64,000 nt of DNA from an uncultured Acidobacteriota bacterium (GCA_963828465.1 CAWHEU010000009.1:1-64000), one strand, 5' to 3'. Counted from the stretch's first letter, positions 50,066 through 61,365 are shown. Numbers and translations: made by a program. Notes: a model not told the origin generated them from the letters alone.

Positions 50066-51409
50066 GTGGCTTCCAGCGACAATCCGTATCGGGGGCTCCC
50101 ACCGGTCGACCAGGTGGTCGACGGACTAGGGGAGACCGGTCTCCCCAGACCGCTCGTCGTCGACTGCGCCCGATCGGCGCTCGACCTTGCACGCGCCGAG
50201 ATTGCCAGTGGCGGTGAGCCCGACGTGAGCCGCATCGCCGCCGACCTGGCGGCCGGGCTGAGGCGGTCGGCAAGCCAAAAGGTGATCAATGCCACCGGAG
50301 TGCTCCTCCACACCAATCTCGGTCGAGCCCCTCTCTCGTCTGAAGCCGCCGAGTCCGCTCTGAAGGCGGCCATCTCCTACACCAATCTCGAGCTCGATCT
50401 CGACGACGGGGAACGCGGAGGTCGAGGGAGGTACCTACGTGCTCTCCTGCAGACACTCACCGGTGCCGAGGATGGTCTGGTCGTCAACAACAACGCTGCG
50501 GCGGTGCTGCTCGCCCTGGCCACCACTGCCTCGGGGCGGGCCGTCCCGGTGGCGAGAGGGGAGCTCATTGAAATCGGCGGATCGTTCCGGCTCCCCCTGG
50601 TGATGGAAGCGGGCGGCGCACGGCTCGTCGAGGTCGGGACCACCAATCGAACCCGGATTGGTGACTACGCCACCGCTCTCCAGATCCACGACTGCGGAGC
50701 GGTCTTGAAGGTGCATCCCTCCAACTTCCGAGTCGATGGATTCGTCGCTGATGTGCCTGTTCGAGATCTGGCCGAGCTCGCTCACGACCAAGACGTCCCC
50801 CTGATCCACGATCTCGGGTCTGGATTGCTCGACAGCGACACTCCGTGGCTCGGCACCAAGCCCCCCTGGTTGTCCGGAGAGCCGGGGGCCCGCCAGTCGA
50901 TCGAGGCGGGAGCCGATCTGGTCACCTTCAGCGGCGACAAGCTGGTCGGCGGGCCACAGGCAGGCATCATCGTTGGCTCCGCCGAGGCAGTTGACCAGCT
51001 CCGGCGCAATCCGCTCGCTCGGGCTTTGAGGATCGACGCCATGACCGATGCCGCCCTGGCCGTGACGCTCGAGGCCTACGCCAACGGCGAGGCGAATCGG
51101 ATCCCGATATGGCAGATGGCAACGCTCAGCGAGTCGGACCTCGCCGCCAGAGTGGACGCTCTGGCCGCACGGGTTGGAGGAGTAGCCCGGCCCGGAGAAT
51201 CCGTCGTTGGGGCTGGCAGCCTCCCCGGAGTGGGCATCCCGACACCTCAGATCATCCTGAAGGATGAGGACCATCTCCACGGCCGTCTTATCGGGGCCAA
51301 CCACCCGGTGCTGACCCGGAGAATGGAAAAGGATCTGATCCTCGACCTCCGAGCAGTGGCCGAGGAAGACGACGATGTGATCGCGGACATGGTGGCCGGT
51401 TGCCGCTGA
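50066..51409 (+). CDS. selA: L-seryl-tRNA(Sec) selenium transferase
   Basis: VINATGVLLHTNLGRAPL, VNNNAAA, GELIEIGGSFR, EVGTTNRT, FSGDKLVGGPQAG. Confidence 0.95.
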   Translation: MASSDNPYRGLPPVDQVVDGLGETGLPRPLVVDCARSALDLARAEIASGGEPDVSRIAADLAAGLRRSASQKVINATGVLLHTNLGRAPLSSEAAESALKAAISYTNLELDLDDGERGGRGRYLRALLQTLTGAEDGLVVNNNAAAVLLALATTASGRAVPVARGELIEIGGSFRLPLVMEAGGARLVEVGTTNRTRIGDYATALQIHDCGAVLKVHPSNFRVDGFVADVPVRDLAELAHDQDVPLIHDLGSGLLDSDTPWLGTKPPWLSGEPGARQSIEAGADLVTFSGDKLVGGPQAGIIVGSAEAVDQLRRNPLARALRIDAMTDAALAVTLEAYANGEANRIPIWQMATLSESDLAARVDALAARVGGVARPGESVVGAGSLPGVGIPTPQIILKDEDHLHGRLIGANHPVLTRRMEKDLILDLRAVAEEDDDVIADMVAGCR

Positions 51410-53155
51410 TCGGGACCGCGGGCCACGTCGACCACGGCAAGTCGACACTGGTCGAGGCGCTCACCGGACGTGACCCCGACCGCTGGGCCGAAGAGAAGGA
51501 ACGCGGGCTGACCATCGATCTCGGGTTCGCCTGGACCACACTCGGATCCGCGGGCGAGGTCTCGTTCGTCGACGTGCCCGGGCACGAGCGGTTCCTGAAG
51601 AACATGCTCGCCGGGATTGAGGCCATCGACGTCGCACTGTTCGTCGTGGCCGCCGACGAGGGCTGGATGCCGCAATCCGAAGAGCATCTGGCCGTGCTCG
51701 ATCTCCTTGGCATCGCTTCGGGAGTCATCGCCCTGACCAAGATCGACGCCGTCGACCCGGCGGTCGCCGCAGAAGTCGAGATCGAGATCGCGCGGGAGTT
51801 GGTGGGCACCACGCTGGAAAGGGCACCGATCATCCCGGTATCGGCCAGAACGGGTGCGGGTATGGATCGGCTGCGGGAGGAGCTTGCGGCGCGTGTGGCC
51901 GATATCCAGCATGGTGGTGACCGGCCGCGGCTGTGGGTCGACCGGGCTTTCTCGGTTCGAGGCGCCGGCACCGTGGTGACGGGGACTTTGACCGAGGGCC
52001 CGCTGAAGATCGGGGAACATCTCGAGTTGCTGCCAGGCGGCAAACGGGGCCGGATTCGGGGCATGCAGAGCCATGAGAGTGAGATCGAGACGGCCGAACC
52101 GGGGCGACGGCTTGCCTTGAACCTGACAGGAATGGATCGTGAGGAAGCCTCTCGTGGAACGATGCTGGGCCTGCCCGGTCATTGGGAGCCGTCAGCTCGA
52201 TTCACCGCATTGTTGACAGCAGCCCGATACATCGATGCTCTCTCCACCCGAGGAGCTTTCCATATCCATCTGGGCAGCGGCGCCCATCCCGCAACGATCA
52301 AACGGCTGGAGAACGGGTATGCCTTGTTCGAGGTTCCCGTGGCCCTGCCGATGAGAACCGGCGATCGCTTCATCCTGAGGGAAGCCGGACGTCGTCAGGT
52401 GGTCGCCGGCGGCGCGGTGATCGATCCGGCCCCCGGGTCACCTTCCCGGGCGATGGCGACGGCACGGCTCATCGACCCATTTGCCGGGAGGGATGATGTC
52501 GCAACCGCGCTCCTGGGGGTTCGCGGAATGGACGAAATCCAACGTCTTGCCGCACACAGTGGTGGAGGGCACCCGCAGGGATCGGTTCTGGTCGGCGACA
52601 CCGCTCTTACCCACGAACGCTTCGATGAGCTCCGGTCTCGGGCGGAGGCGATCGTCACCGAGCATCACGAGCAGCATCCGCTCCGGCCAGGGATTCCGTT
52701 GGCGACACTTTCGGCAACTCTCGGCACGTCGCCTGAGTTGACTGAGCTCCTTGTCGAGCGGAGCGATCAGATCGTTCGCAGTGGCCCGGATGTTTCGACC
52801 CGACGAGCATCGTTCGAGCTTGGACCCGGATTCACAACTCAAGTGGGAGAAAGCTCGTGCCAGGTTGGCAGAGAGCTTGGCGGTGCCTGACGCCGACGAA
52901 CTGGGTCTGGGCGACGAGCTGATCCATTTGTTGATCAGGGAGACCGGGCTGGTCCGTATCTCCGACACCCTCGTCTATCTGCCCGAGCAGATCGACGAGA
53001 TCAAGCGAATGCTGGGTGAGATGACAGAGCCATTCACTGTGGCCCGCTTCCGCGACCACACCGGGCTGTCACGGAAGTACGTGGTGCCCATCCTCGAGTG
53101 GGCGGATAGAGAAGGGCTCACCATCCGGCGGGGCGATGTGCGCCACCTTCGGTGA
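51400..53155 (+). CDS. selB: Selenocysteine-specific elongation factor, frameshift near 52795
   Basis: TAGHVDHGKST, RGLTIDLGF, DVPGHERF, GTVVTGTL; the C-terminal WH domain LSRKYVVPILE lies in frame 52751..53155. Confidence 0.92.
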
Positions 53156-53177
53156 GCCCTGACTCCGGTGCCGGTGG

Positions 53178-53426
53178 TCATCCAACCAGCGGCATGCTCC
53201 TTCTCTCTACTTCGGTAAAACCTCCCCAGATACCAAACGGTTCCCGGATCTGGAGGGCGTGTGTGGTGCAGGGGACCCGCACCGGACATACCCCGCAAAT
53301 CGCTTTCGCCTTCATCTCTCTGCGCTCCCGCTCGTCTTTGCGCTCGAACGTCGAGGGCGGAAAGAAGAGGTAGGCATGACTCCCTCTGCAGAGGGCGTCG
53401 AGCTGCCAATCGTCCATGCCCGACAA
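53178..53426 (-). CDS. WhiB family regulator (WhiB3/WhiD-like)
   Basis: WQLDALCRG..FFPP..REMKAKAICGVCPVRVPC..EPFGIWGG; GGAGG RBS before TTG 53426. Confidence 0.92.
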   Translation of the reverse strand: MSGMDDWQLDALCRGSHAYLFFPPSTFERKDERERREMKAKAICGVCPVRVPCTTHALQIREPFGIWGGFTEVERRSMPLVG

Positions 53427-53460
53427 ACGGACTCCTCCCTGTCTAGCGACAACCGGCGCG

Positions 53461-53489
53461 AACCTACACATGGCAATGCCCGGCGGCAA
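53461..53489 (-). promoter_or_regulatory. Sigma70-type promoter of the whiB gene
   Basis: Minus strand TTGCCG-N17-TAGGTT. Confidence 0.45.
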
Positions 53490-53506
53490 GGAAGAAAATG
53501 GGGATT

Positions 53507-54724
53507 TCAAGAATCAGTTTTCGCGGGGTCGGTGGCCGGCTCGACTTCCAGGAACATCCCATCGACGCCGGAGACCAGTATCTCGGACCCGGCGGTGAGC
53601 CCGGCCTCACGGTGGGCGGTCGCCCGCCACCGTGCACCTTTGACCTCGACGATGCCATCAGGGTCGAACCCGCCGACCGCGATTCCCCTCTCCCCGATGA
53701 GACCGTCTCGTCCGATCGTCCTGGTCGAGAATCTCGCTCGTTGCACGGTGGGCATAGCCAGCAGGAAGAAAAAGAGGGCTGCAAGCACCGAGGGCAAGAC
53801 CAGATACCAACGGGGATCGATCTGACCCGACCCGTCGACGTAGAACGAGCCGGCCACCTGGAGCATCACCGCTCCGACGATGGTGAGGACGAGGACTCCG
53901 CCCTTTTGATAGGCGGCGGTGAGCAACGCCCAGCCGAGCACTGCGAGTGCCAAAGCCCACCATTTGATGGGGAGAGTGACGATTCCCCAGCCGGCAAGTA
54001 GGAGGGATATGGCGGCCACACCGGCGGCGACGCCGGGACCGATGGCGAAGAACTCGAAGGAGGCGATGGTGAGACCGACCACCAGGAAGAAGAATGCCGC
54101 CTCTGGAGTGGCGGCGAGACGCCAGAAACGGGTGGCCAGTCCTGGTTGACGGAACGTGACCTCCCGGAGGGTGACCCCGTCTTCGAATGGCTTCAGTGTT
54201 TCGACAGTGACCGGGCCGTCGGCGGTTTGGAAGGTCACCCCGTCGAGGTCCTGGAGATACTGGCGGATCGAGGGCTGGAGATCGAGCCCGGACTCCTCGG
54301 CCGTAATCGGTTGACCGGCTGTTGTCACTTCGCCACCTGCAACCGTGGGATCGAACAGGCCCAACTGTGACCCTGGTGACATCGCCCGCTGCTCTGATTC
54401 CCAGACCAGCCTCGCCGCTCCACCGTTAGCCACCGCGGGAGCCGGGCCTACCCAGATCGCCACCGGCAGGGGAGGGCTCTCCACGGTTTCCTCGAGCGCC
54501 TCCAAGGCCGCGGCGTCAAGAACTGCCCTGGAGTTGATCTGGAGGACCGCCATCACCTGATCATTGACCGCCGCCTCGTCGATCGAGATACGCATGAAAT
54601 CGAGGGCCGAGGCGTCGAGCGGGCCGCTGACATCGATGACGTCGATGCCGGGCTCCCCATCGCCGTCACTGGAACATGCGACGACGACCAGGAACAGGCC
54701 AGCAACAAGGAAGGTGCGACGCAC
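53507..54724 (-). CDS. NfeD family membrane protein
   Basis: VAIWVGPAPA, TM bundle, C-terminal OB fold TIGRDGLIGERG..PDGIVEVKGARWRA. Confidence 0.85.
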   Translation of the reverse strand: MRRTFLVAGLFLVVVACSSDGDGEPGIDVIDVSGPLDASALDFMRISIDEAAVNDQVMAVLQINSRAVLDAAALEALEETVESPPLPVAIWVGPAPAVANGGAARLVWESEQRAMSPGSQLGLFDPTVAGGEVTTAGQPITAEESGLDLQPSIRQYLQDLDGVTFQTADGPVTVETLKPFEDGVTLREVTFRQPGLATRFWRLAATPEAAFFFLVVGLTIASFEFFAIGPGVAAGVAAISLLLAGWGIVTLPIKWWALALAVLGWALLTAAYQKGGVLVLTIVGAVMLQVAGSFYVDGSGQIDPRWYLVLPSVLAALFFFLLAMPTVQRARFSTRTIGRDGLIGERGIAVGGFDPDGIVEVKGARWRATAHREAGLTAGSEILVSGVDGMFLEVEPATDPAKTDS

Positions 54725-54792
54725 GTTTCGGGAGGTTAGGAGAGGTTCTGCGGCAAGAAGCCGGGGTCGACCACGTCACTAACGTGCGACCC

Positions 54793-55155
54793 ATGCCCCT
54801 GGCCCTCGTGATCGCAGACGCCGAATGGGTGGTCAATGACATCCTCGCCTCGCTCCCCTGGGGCGACTGGGAGGTCGACGTGCTCGATGACCCCGTTCAA
54901 TCCGGGGCCAAGGTCGCCGAGACCGTCCCAGACGTGGTTGTCGTCGATCTCCAGGTCAGGAACATGGGTGGCATGGCCGTTGTCCGGGATATCAAGGCAT
55001 CGATGGAAGGCGAAGAACTTCCCCGGCTCGTAATCCTTCTCGATCGAGAGGTAGACGGATTCCTGGCCAAGCGAGCCGGCGCCGACGCATGGGTCGTCAA
55101 GCCTTTCTCCACCCACGAACTCCGTGTCGCACTCGGTGCCACAACGCCGGTCTAA
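54793..55155 (+). CDS. Single-domain response regulator
   Basis: PDVVVVDLQV..GGMAV..AGADAWVVKPF. Confidence 0.85.
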   Translation: MPLALVIADAEWVVNDILASLPWGDWEVDVLDDPVQSGAKVAETVPDVVVVDLQVRNMGGMAVVRDIKASMEGEELPRLVILLDREVDGFLAKRAGADAWVVKPFSTHELRVALGATTPV

Positions 55156-55275
55156 GTCAATTCCTGTTTGACGTTGGCCCGCCAATGAGCCTCGGGTAGG
55201 AAGGATTGGCCAGGGATCGTCGAGGCAAGCCACACCTCGGTCAGATCGTGACATCAGCTGGATCCAGGGCCCGAA

Positions 55276-56068
55276 TCACCTGGCGAGTACCTGCTCATCG
55301 ACGAACAACCTGATCTCCTCGGCCAAATTGGCTCCCGACGCCAGCGCGGGGTCGTTGTGATCGAGGCCCTCCATCTCCACCAGTCGCTTGGGTTGGTTCG
55401 CAGCCTCGAAGACGTTCAGGCTGAGCCGTGGCGGCACGATGGAGTCAGCAGCGCCGAGAATCACGAGGAGCGGCACATCCAACTCTGCCATCGTCTTCTC
55501 GACCTCGTACCTGTCTCGCAAGAGGACTGTCGGGACGATTCGATAGTGGGTGCGTGCCATATCGGAAAGAGAGGTGAACGGAGAGCGCAGCACCAGAGCA
55601 TCAGGCGCGACCTCGGCCGCCAGCAGAGTGGCAACCCCTGCACCGAGGGATTCCCCGAAGTACACCACCGGCAGGTCGGTGTCGAACGCCGGTCCCGCCA
55701 CGGACCTGGCATCCTCGAGCAGGCCTTCTTCGCTCGGGCGTCCCATCGTGTCGCCGTATCCCCGATAGTCGAAGAGCATTACTTCCATCCCCTCCGCGGC
55801 CAGACTGTCGGCAAGGGGGAGACGATGGCTCTTGTTGCCGGCGTTGCCGTTGAATACCACCAACCGGGCCGCCGCTTCACCTTTCGCCGGGACGAGCCAC
55901 AGTTCGTGAACGATCCCGTCCGACGTCTCGACCGCGCTCACCGTGACCCCTGTGGTGAGCTGACGCCGGGCTCTGATCGGGCAGATAGATCAGCTGCCGC
56001 TGGAACAGCCACAGCGCCGCCATCAGGAGGATCCAGATGCCGGCGATTCCGGCCAACGCCCTGATCAT
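55276..56068 (-). CDS. Alpha/beta hydrolase (ABHD13/YhfR-like), frameshift near 55955
   Basis: QRQLIYLPD, FNGNAGN, DYRGYG, GESLG, DSIVP, DHND. Confidence 0.85.
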
Positions 56069-56148
56069 GCTTCGACTCTGCACACCGCTCCCAAGCATCG
56101 TCGGCTAATCACCCCGATGCACCGCCGTGGGGCTGCGAACCTGGGAGC

Positions 56149-56761
56149 ATGGATGCCCCGGAGCTGATTGCAGTCAGGGCAGCCCTGGCGGGGGGCGCCG
56201 AGCCGAGCACGGTTGTGCTGGTCGAAGGTGCCAGCGACCAGGCAGCCCTAGCGACTCTTGCGGGACGCTATGGCCGGGACCTAACAGCGGAAGGAGTCGC
56301 CATCGTCCCGATGGGAGGAGCGACGACCATCGGACATTTCCTCGCCCTGCTCGGCCCAAATGGCCACGACTATCGACTTGCCGGGCTCTGTGACGCCGGC
56401 GAAGAGGGCGACTTCAGGCGCGGGCTGGAGCGGGCGGGCATGGGCATCCACCGCGACTCGCGACGATCTGGAGTCCGTCGGGTTCTTCGTCTGCGTCGCA
56501 GACCTCGAGGACGAGCTGATTCGTGCCCTGGGGCCTGATGTCGTCGTGGAGATCATCGACGCCCAAGGCGAGCTCGGGTCCTTCCGCATCCTGCAGCGAC
56601 AGCCGTTCCACCGTGACCGCACGATCGAACAGGTCCTGTGGCGGTTCATGGGCACCCGATCCGGGCGCAAGTCCACCTATGCCCGCCTGCTCGTCGAAGC
56701 TCTCGACCTGGATCGCGTCCCGCCACCGCTGGACGGTCTCCTTGAGTACGTAAAGCCCTAG
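56149..56761 (+). CDS. Stand-alone OLD-family TOPRIM domain protein, frameshift near 56445
   Basis: VVLVEGASD, IVPMGGA, GLCDAGE, then FFVCVADLEDELIRALG..GRKSTYA..VPPPL. Confidence 0.75.
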
Positions 56762-57618
56762 AGGATCCTGTTGATCTCGAGTGTCAGATGGATCAGCCCG
56801 GCGATAGCAGCAGCTGCAGCCAGCCCGCCACCGAGCCGCCGTTGAACGAGGCTCGGCTCGGTCTTCCCCCGAATCCGGTCGATCCACCACCAGATGGTCA
56901 CCAGCGCCGTGGCAGAAACGAAGACGCCGGTCCAGATCGGTGGGTAGGCACGCTCGTCGAAGCCCGGCATGAACTGAAGGAGCAGTCCGAGCGGGACGAA
57001 GAGCAACCCCACCGCGGTGACCAACCCATAGGCAACCACCGGCCCCGCCCGATCCGCTCGAGGGAGCCTCCTATCGAGAAAGCGGTCGAGGGCTGACAGG
57101 GCCGCACCAAAAGCGAACACGAGCGCCAACAGCAAGACGATGTCAAGAGCCGGCCCTTCGAGAATATCGAAATCTCTGTTGTCCGAGGAAACCAACTGGA
57201 ATCCGCCGATGGCAACTGCCCCGAGGCCGACGACCGCCCATCTCGGGGGAATCCACGGTTTCATCACCACCCACACCGGAGCCGCAAACAGCCCACTGGC
57301 GATGCCGCCGAACAACACGAGGCCGACAGTCCCTTCGACGGTGAACACTCCGACCTCGTTGCCGTTCTCGGTAAAGCGCCCGATCGCCTCGGGGTGGAGC
57401 AGGCGACTGATGAACATGACCAGCCGACCGCCAAGCCCGAGGACCAGAGTCCCTGAGATCAGACTGGCAATTCCACCAACTGAGATGTCTCGAAGGATTT
57501 GTGGCCCGACGTCCCGGATTCCGCGGCGAGAGACCACAACTGCCTGTGTGTCATTTGGGCCGTTGTCGGGATGGACTTCGGCCATCACCAACACCCGAGT
57601 GAACGCGACATACTCCAC
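56758..57618 (-). CDS. Hypothetical membrane protein (start uncertain)
   Basis: GLGGRLVM, FTENGNEVGVFTVEGT, DNRDF, multiple TM segments. Confidence 0.7.
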   Translation of the reverse strand: MEYVAFTRVLVMAEVHPDNGPNDTQAVVVSRRGIRDVGPQILRDISVGGIASLISGTLVLGLGGRLVMFISRLLHPEAIGRFTENGNEVGVFTVEGTVGLVLFGGIASGLFAAPVWVVMKPWIPPRWAVVGLGAVAIGGFQLVSSDNRDFDILEGPALDIVLLLALVFAFGAALSALDRFLDRRLPRADRAGPVVAYGLVTAVGLLFVPLGLLLQFMPGFDERAYPPIWTGVFVSATALVTIWWWIDRIRGKTEPSLVQRRLGGGLAAAAAIAGLIHLTLEINRIL

Positions 57619-57658
57619 AAGCTATTCGCCTGGGTCTGCGGCGATCCCTATCCACGAA

Positions 57659-57686
57659 TCAGGGCCGTCCTCGCGAACGGCCCTGA
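57659..57686 (-). terminator. Hairpin downstream of tRNA-Pro
   Basis: 10-bp stem TCAGGGCCGT / ACGGCCCTGA. Confidence 0.65.
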
Positions 57687-57701
57687 CCTGGGGTTTCTGA
57701 G

Positions 57702-57775
57702 TCGGGACGGCGGGATTCGAACCCACGACCTCAGCGTCCCGAACGCTGCGCGCTACCAAGCTGCGCCACGTCCCG
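57702..57775 (-). tRNA. tRNA-Pro (CGG), CCA not encoded
   Basis: CGGGACG TGGCGCAGCTTGGTAGCGCG CAGCG-TTCGGGA-CGCTG AGGTC GTGGGTTCGAATCCCGC CGTCCCG A. Confidence 0.96.
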
Positions 57776-57897
57776 ATTGATGGTCCGATGGTAGGCGAGG
57801 CACGGATCCAACCCCATTTCGTTTGACGAAGAACTGCTTCCCTCCGGGTAAACCCCGGATACTCTTATCCTGCTGGTGCAGACAGGTCAGGGGAGGA

Positions 57898-58223
57898 TGA
57901 TGACTGCTTACGATGCGCGGCTCCGACTGGATGGAACCGACGAAGCCCCGATCAGCGTGCTGATCGATCTAACCGACGATCGGCTATCCATGATGGCTGG
58001 GGAGATCGAGGTCGGAGACTGGGCACGGGATGAGATCCGTGTCTCTGCGATGCCCGATGGGTTCCATGTGCGAGCGGAGGGTGAGGAGATCATCCTCGAT
58101 GTCACCGATGACGCCCGCTTCGCCCTCGACCTCGGGTTACGTAATGCCCCGCCCCTGTTGCGGCGTCGCATGTCTGCATTGCTCAGGAACGACGGCCCGG
58201 CCGCGGAACCGCCTCAGAACTAA
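57898..58223 (+). CDS. Hypothetical protein
   Basis: GGGAGG RBS, strong GC3 codon bias, no recognisable motif. Confidence 0.7.
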
Positions 58224-59230
58224 AGCAATTCGGCGATCTGGACCGCGTTGAGGGCCGCGCCCTTGCGCAGATTGTCGCCGACCACCCAAAGATTGATGCC
58301 ACCCGGGTGACCCACAGTCGGGCGTATCCGACCCACCAGCACATCGTCGATCCCGGCCGAGTCGAGCGGGGTTGGCACCTCGTCGGTCCAAACCTGGACG
58401 CCAGGCGCTGCCTCCAGGATCTCGGTCGCCTCGTCCGGCTCGATCGGCCGTTCGAAGCGGAGTGAAGCAACAACACCATGGCCCACGAGCACCGGCACAC
58501 GGACACAGGTTGGCTCGACGTGGAGGCCGGGAAGGTCGAGGATCTTCCTCGACTCGTTCACCAGCTTCCACTCCTCGTCGGTGTACCCCTGCTCGGTCAC
58601 CGATCCGGCCAACGGGAGGACATTGAATCCAATCGGTCTGGTGTAGAGCGACGGTCGGGGATCCGCCCACCCGCCGGTCATCAAGCCGTCGAGGTCGGGA
58701 CGAAGGAGGTCGGTCTGCTCAATCAGCTCCACAACGCCCTGCTGGCCGGAGCCAGATACTGACTGGTAGGAGGTGGCCACCATGCTGCGAAGACCGGCGG
58801 CCCTGTGGAGCGGGCCCGCCGCCATCATCAGGGTCATGGTGGTGCAGTTCGGGTTGGCGATGATCCCGCGGTGAGCCCCGACCGCGGCATCGTTGACTCC
58901 AGTCACGATGAGGGGGACGCTGGGGTCCATCCGGAAGGCCGAGGAGTTGTCGATCACCACGGCACCTGCATCTGCAAATCGTGGTGCGTGGGCCCGGGAG
59001 CGATCACCACCGGCCGAGAACAGGGCAATGTCGACTCCGGACGGGTCGGCCAAGCTGAGATCCTCTACCTCGACCTCGCCCCATCTCGTCTCGATGACCG
59101 AACCAGCGGACCGCTCCGACGCCAGAAGACGCAACGACCCCAGAGCGAAGTCCCTCGACTCGAGAATCGCCCTCATGGTGCGGCCAACGGCGCCCGTCGC
59201 CCCGACCACCGCGACGACTCTGTCGCTCAC
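58220..59230 (-). CDS. asd: Aspartate-semialdehyde dehydrogenase
   Basis: [51 protein letters not shown]. Confidence 0.96.
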   Translation of the reverse strand: MSDRVVAVVGATGAVGRTMRAILESRDFALGSLRLLASERSAGSVIETRWGEVEVEDLSLADPSGVDIALFSAGGDRSRAHAPRFADAGAVVIDNSSAFRMDPSVPLIVTGVNDAAVGAHRGIIANPNCTTMTLMMAAGPLHRAAGLRSMVATSYQSVSGSGQQGVVELIEQTDLLRPDLDGLMTGGWADPRPSLYTRPIGFNVLPLAGSVTEQGYTDEEWKLVNESRKILDLPGLHVEPTCVRVPVLVGHGVVASLRFERPIEPDEATEILEAAPGVQVWTDEVPTPLDSAGIDDVLVGRIRPTVGHPGGINLWVVGDNLRKGAALNAVQIAELL

Positions 59231-60459
59231 ACCCCCACCTCCTCGTAGATGGCCGGAGGGTCGAAGGCCGTATGAAGGGCCTGTACCGCCGCCTCGACAT
59301 CATCAGCCCTGACCACACAGGAGATACGGATGGTGGAAGTGGAGATCATCTCGATGTTGATGCCCGCGGAAGCCAGGGTTTCGAACACCTTGGCGGCGAC
59401 GCCAGGATGTGATTTCATCCCGGCGCCGACCAGCGAAACTTTGGCGATTTCGGCATCGACGTCGACTGACTCGGCTTCGATCTCACCCGCTACCTGCTTG
59501 GCGATCCGTTCGGCATCCACCAGGTTGGCCCTGGGAACGGTGAAGCTGATATCGGTGCTGCCGTCGTGTGACACGTTCTGCACGATCATGTCGATGTTCA
59601 CCCCTGCAGCCGCCAAGGATCCGAAGAGCGCCGCAGCAACCCCTGGTCGGTCGGGAACGCGGTTCACCGTGACCTTCGCCTCGGACCGATCGTGTGCGAT
59701 GCCGCTGACGATCGCTTGCTCCATCGGCGACTCGCGGACCCAGGTTCCTTCGCCGTCGTGGAACGATGACCTGACGTGGATCGGTACCTCATAGCGGCGT
59801 CCGAACTCGACCGCCCGTGACATCAGGACGCCTGCTCCCCCGGCGGAGAGCTCGAGCATCTCGTCGAACGGGATCTCCTCCAGCTTCATCGCATCAGGCA
59901 CCATTCGAGGGTCGGCGGTGAAGACCCCGTCGACATCGGTGTAGATCTCGACACTGTCCGCGCCGAGCGCCGCGGCAAGGGCGACGGCGGTGGCGTCGGA
60001 ACCGCCTCGTCCGAGGGTGGTTATCTCCTTCGACTCGGGATCCACACCTTGGAACCCGGCAACGATCACCACCCGGCCCTGGGCCAGGCTGTCGCGGACC
60101 CTGGTCCCCTGGATGTCGAGGATCTTGGCCGAGCCGTGGGAGGAATCCGTCAGAATGCCCGCCTGGGACCCGGTGAAGCTGACGGCGGGGATGCCTCGTG
60201 AGTTGAGGGTGATCGACAGCAGGGCCATCGAGATCCGCTCCCCTGCGCTGAGCAGCATGTCCATCTCTCTGGGCGAGGGGTCGTCGCTCACCTCGGCGGC
60301 CAGAGCCACCAGTTGATCCGTAGTCGCGCCCATAGCGGAGACGACCACGACAACGTCGTGGCCCTCCCGCCGTGTCGACTCGACACGGTCGGCCACGGCC
60401 TTGATCCGGGCCGCGTCCGCCAGCGAGGTTCCACCGAACTTCTGGACCACGAGGGACAT
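59227..60459 (-). CDS. lysC: Aspartate kinase
   Basis: [39 protein letters not shown], two ACT domains. Confidence 0.96.
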   Translation of the reverse strand: MSLVVQKFGGTSLADAARIKAVADRVESTRREGHDVVVVVSAMGATTDQLVALAAEVSDDPSPREMDMLLSAGERISMALLSITLNSRGIPAVSFTGSQAGILTDSSHGSAKILDIQGTRVRDSLAQGRVVIVAGFQGVDPESKEITTLGRGGSDATAVALAAALGADSVEIYTDVDGVFTADPRMVPDAMKLEEIPFDEMLELSAGGAGVLMSRAVEFGRRYEVPIHVRSSFHDGEGTWVRESPMEQAIVSGIAHDRSEAKVTVNRVPDRPGVAAALFGSLAAAGVNIDMIVQNVSHDGSTDISFTVPRANLVDAERIAKQVAGEIEAESVDVDAEIAKVSLVGAGMKSHPGVAAKVFETLASAGINIEMISTSTIRISCVVRADDVEAAVQALHTAFDPPAIYEEVGV

Positions 60460-60543
60460 GACCAACAGTTTGGAACGTTTCCCTGCCAAACACGAACACC
60501 GGCCTCGGGATTGCGCCGGGTCCGTGCCTAGAGTCGCTCCGCC

Positions 60544-61329
60544 ATGACCGACAGACGCAGGCGTCAGAAGGAGCAACGCGCCGCCAAGCTAGAGGCCGAG
60601 AAGAAACAGGAGGCCCGCAAGGAGCTGGGGCGCCGCCTCGGGACCGCGTTGGTGTTCGGTGTCGTGGTAGTCGGGATCGTTGTCGCCGGCGCCTATTTCG
60701 GCAGTGACGAAGGCGAGCTTCCTCAGGGGTATGCGGACTTTCGAGAGCAGCCGACCGCCTGTGGCGCCGAACAGCCGGAGCCTGAGCCTGTCCTCTCCTT
60801 TGCTGCACCCGCACAGACCGACGTGACTGCCGAGTCCACGGTGATGGTGACCCTGGAAACCTCTTGTGGGGACATCGTCATCCAGCTCGACCCAGCCGGT
60901 TACCCGGTGACAGCCAACTCATTTGTCTTCCTGGTAAGTGAGGGGTTCTTCGACGGGCAGGTGTTTCATCGGATCGTCCAGGATTTCAGGGTCTTCTCCG
61001 GCGATCCCGAGGCCAATGGAAGCGGAGGTCCGGGCTACCAGATCCAGGACGAGTTCCCTGCCGACGACTTCGTGCTGGCTCCGGGGATGGTGATGATGGA
61101 CAACGTGGGCAGGGGAACCACAGGCAGTCAGTTCTTCATTCTCACCGGGGAAGCCGCTTCGGCCCTCAATCCGCAGTTCAACCTCCTCGGCGAGGTCGTA
61201 TCGGGTGAGGACACGCTCGAGGCGATCGCCGGGGTCGAGACGGCGGTCCGGCCCGGATCGACAGAGCAGAGCCTCCCACTGGAGACGGTGTACATCGAAC
61301 GAGCCACGGTCGACGTAACCGACTCTTGA
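60544..61329 (+). CDS. Membrane-anchored cyclophilin-type peptidyl-prolyl isomerase
   Basis: [31 protein letters not shown]. Confidence 0.9.
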   Translation: MTDRRRRQKEQRAAKLEAEKKQEARKELGRRLGTALVFGVVVVGIVVAGAYFGSDEGELPQGYADFREQPTACGAEQPEPEPVLSFAAPAQTDVTAESTVMVTLETSCGDIVIQLDPAGYPVTANSFVFLVSEGFFDGQVFHRIVQDFRVFSGDPEANGSGGPGYQIQDEFPADDFVLAPGMVMMDNVGRGTTGSQFFILTGEAASALNPQFNLLGEVVSGEDTLEAIAGVETAVRPGSTEQSLPLETVYIERATVDVTDS

Positions 61330-61365
61330 CGGTCCGGCGGGCCATCATCCTTCTCTGAGTATCAG

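Noticed and set aside
57619-57775. Integrative element at tRNA-Pro
   Set aside because: No integrase and no duplicated tRNA 3' end found in the window.
57821-57851. Additional SigF-type promoters (GTTT...GGGTA here and near 55166)
   Set aside because: Spacers are 21 nt or more, outside the 15-17 nt range.
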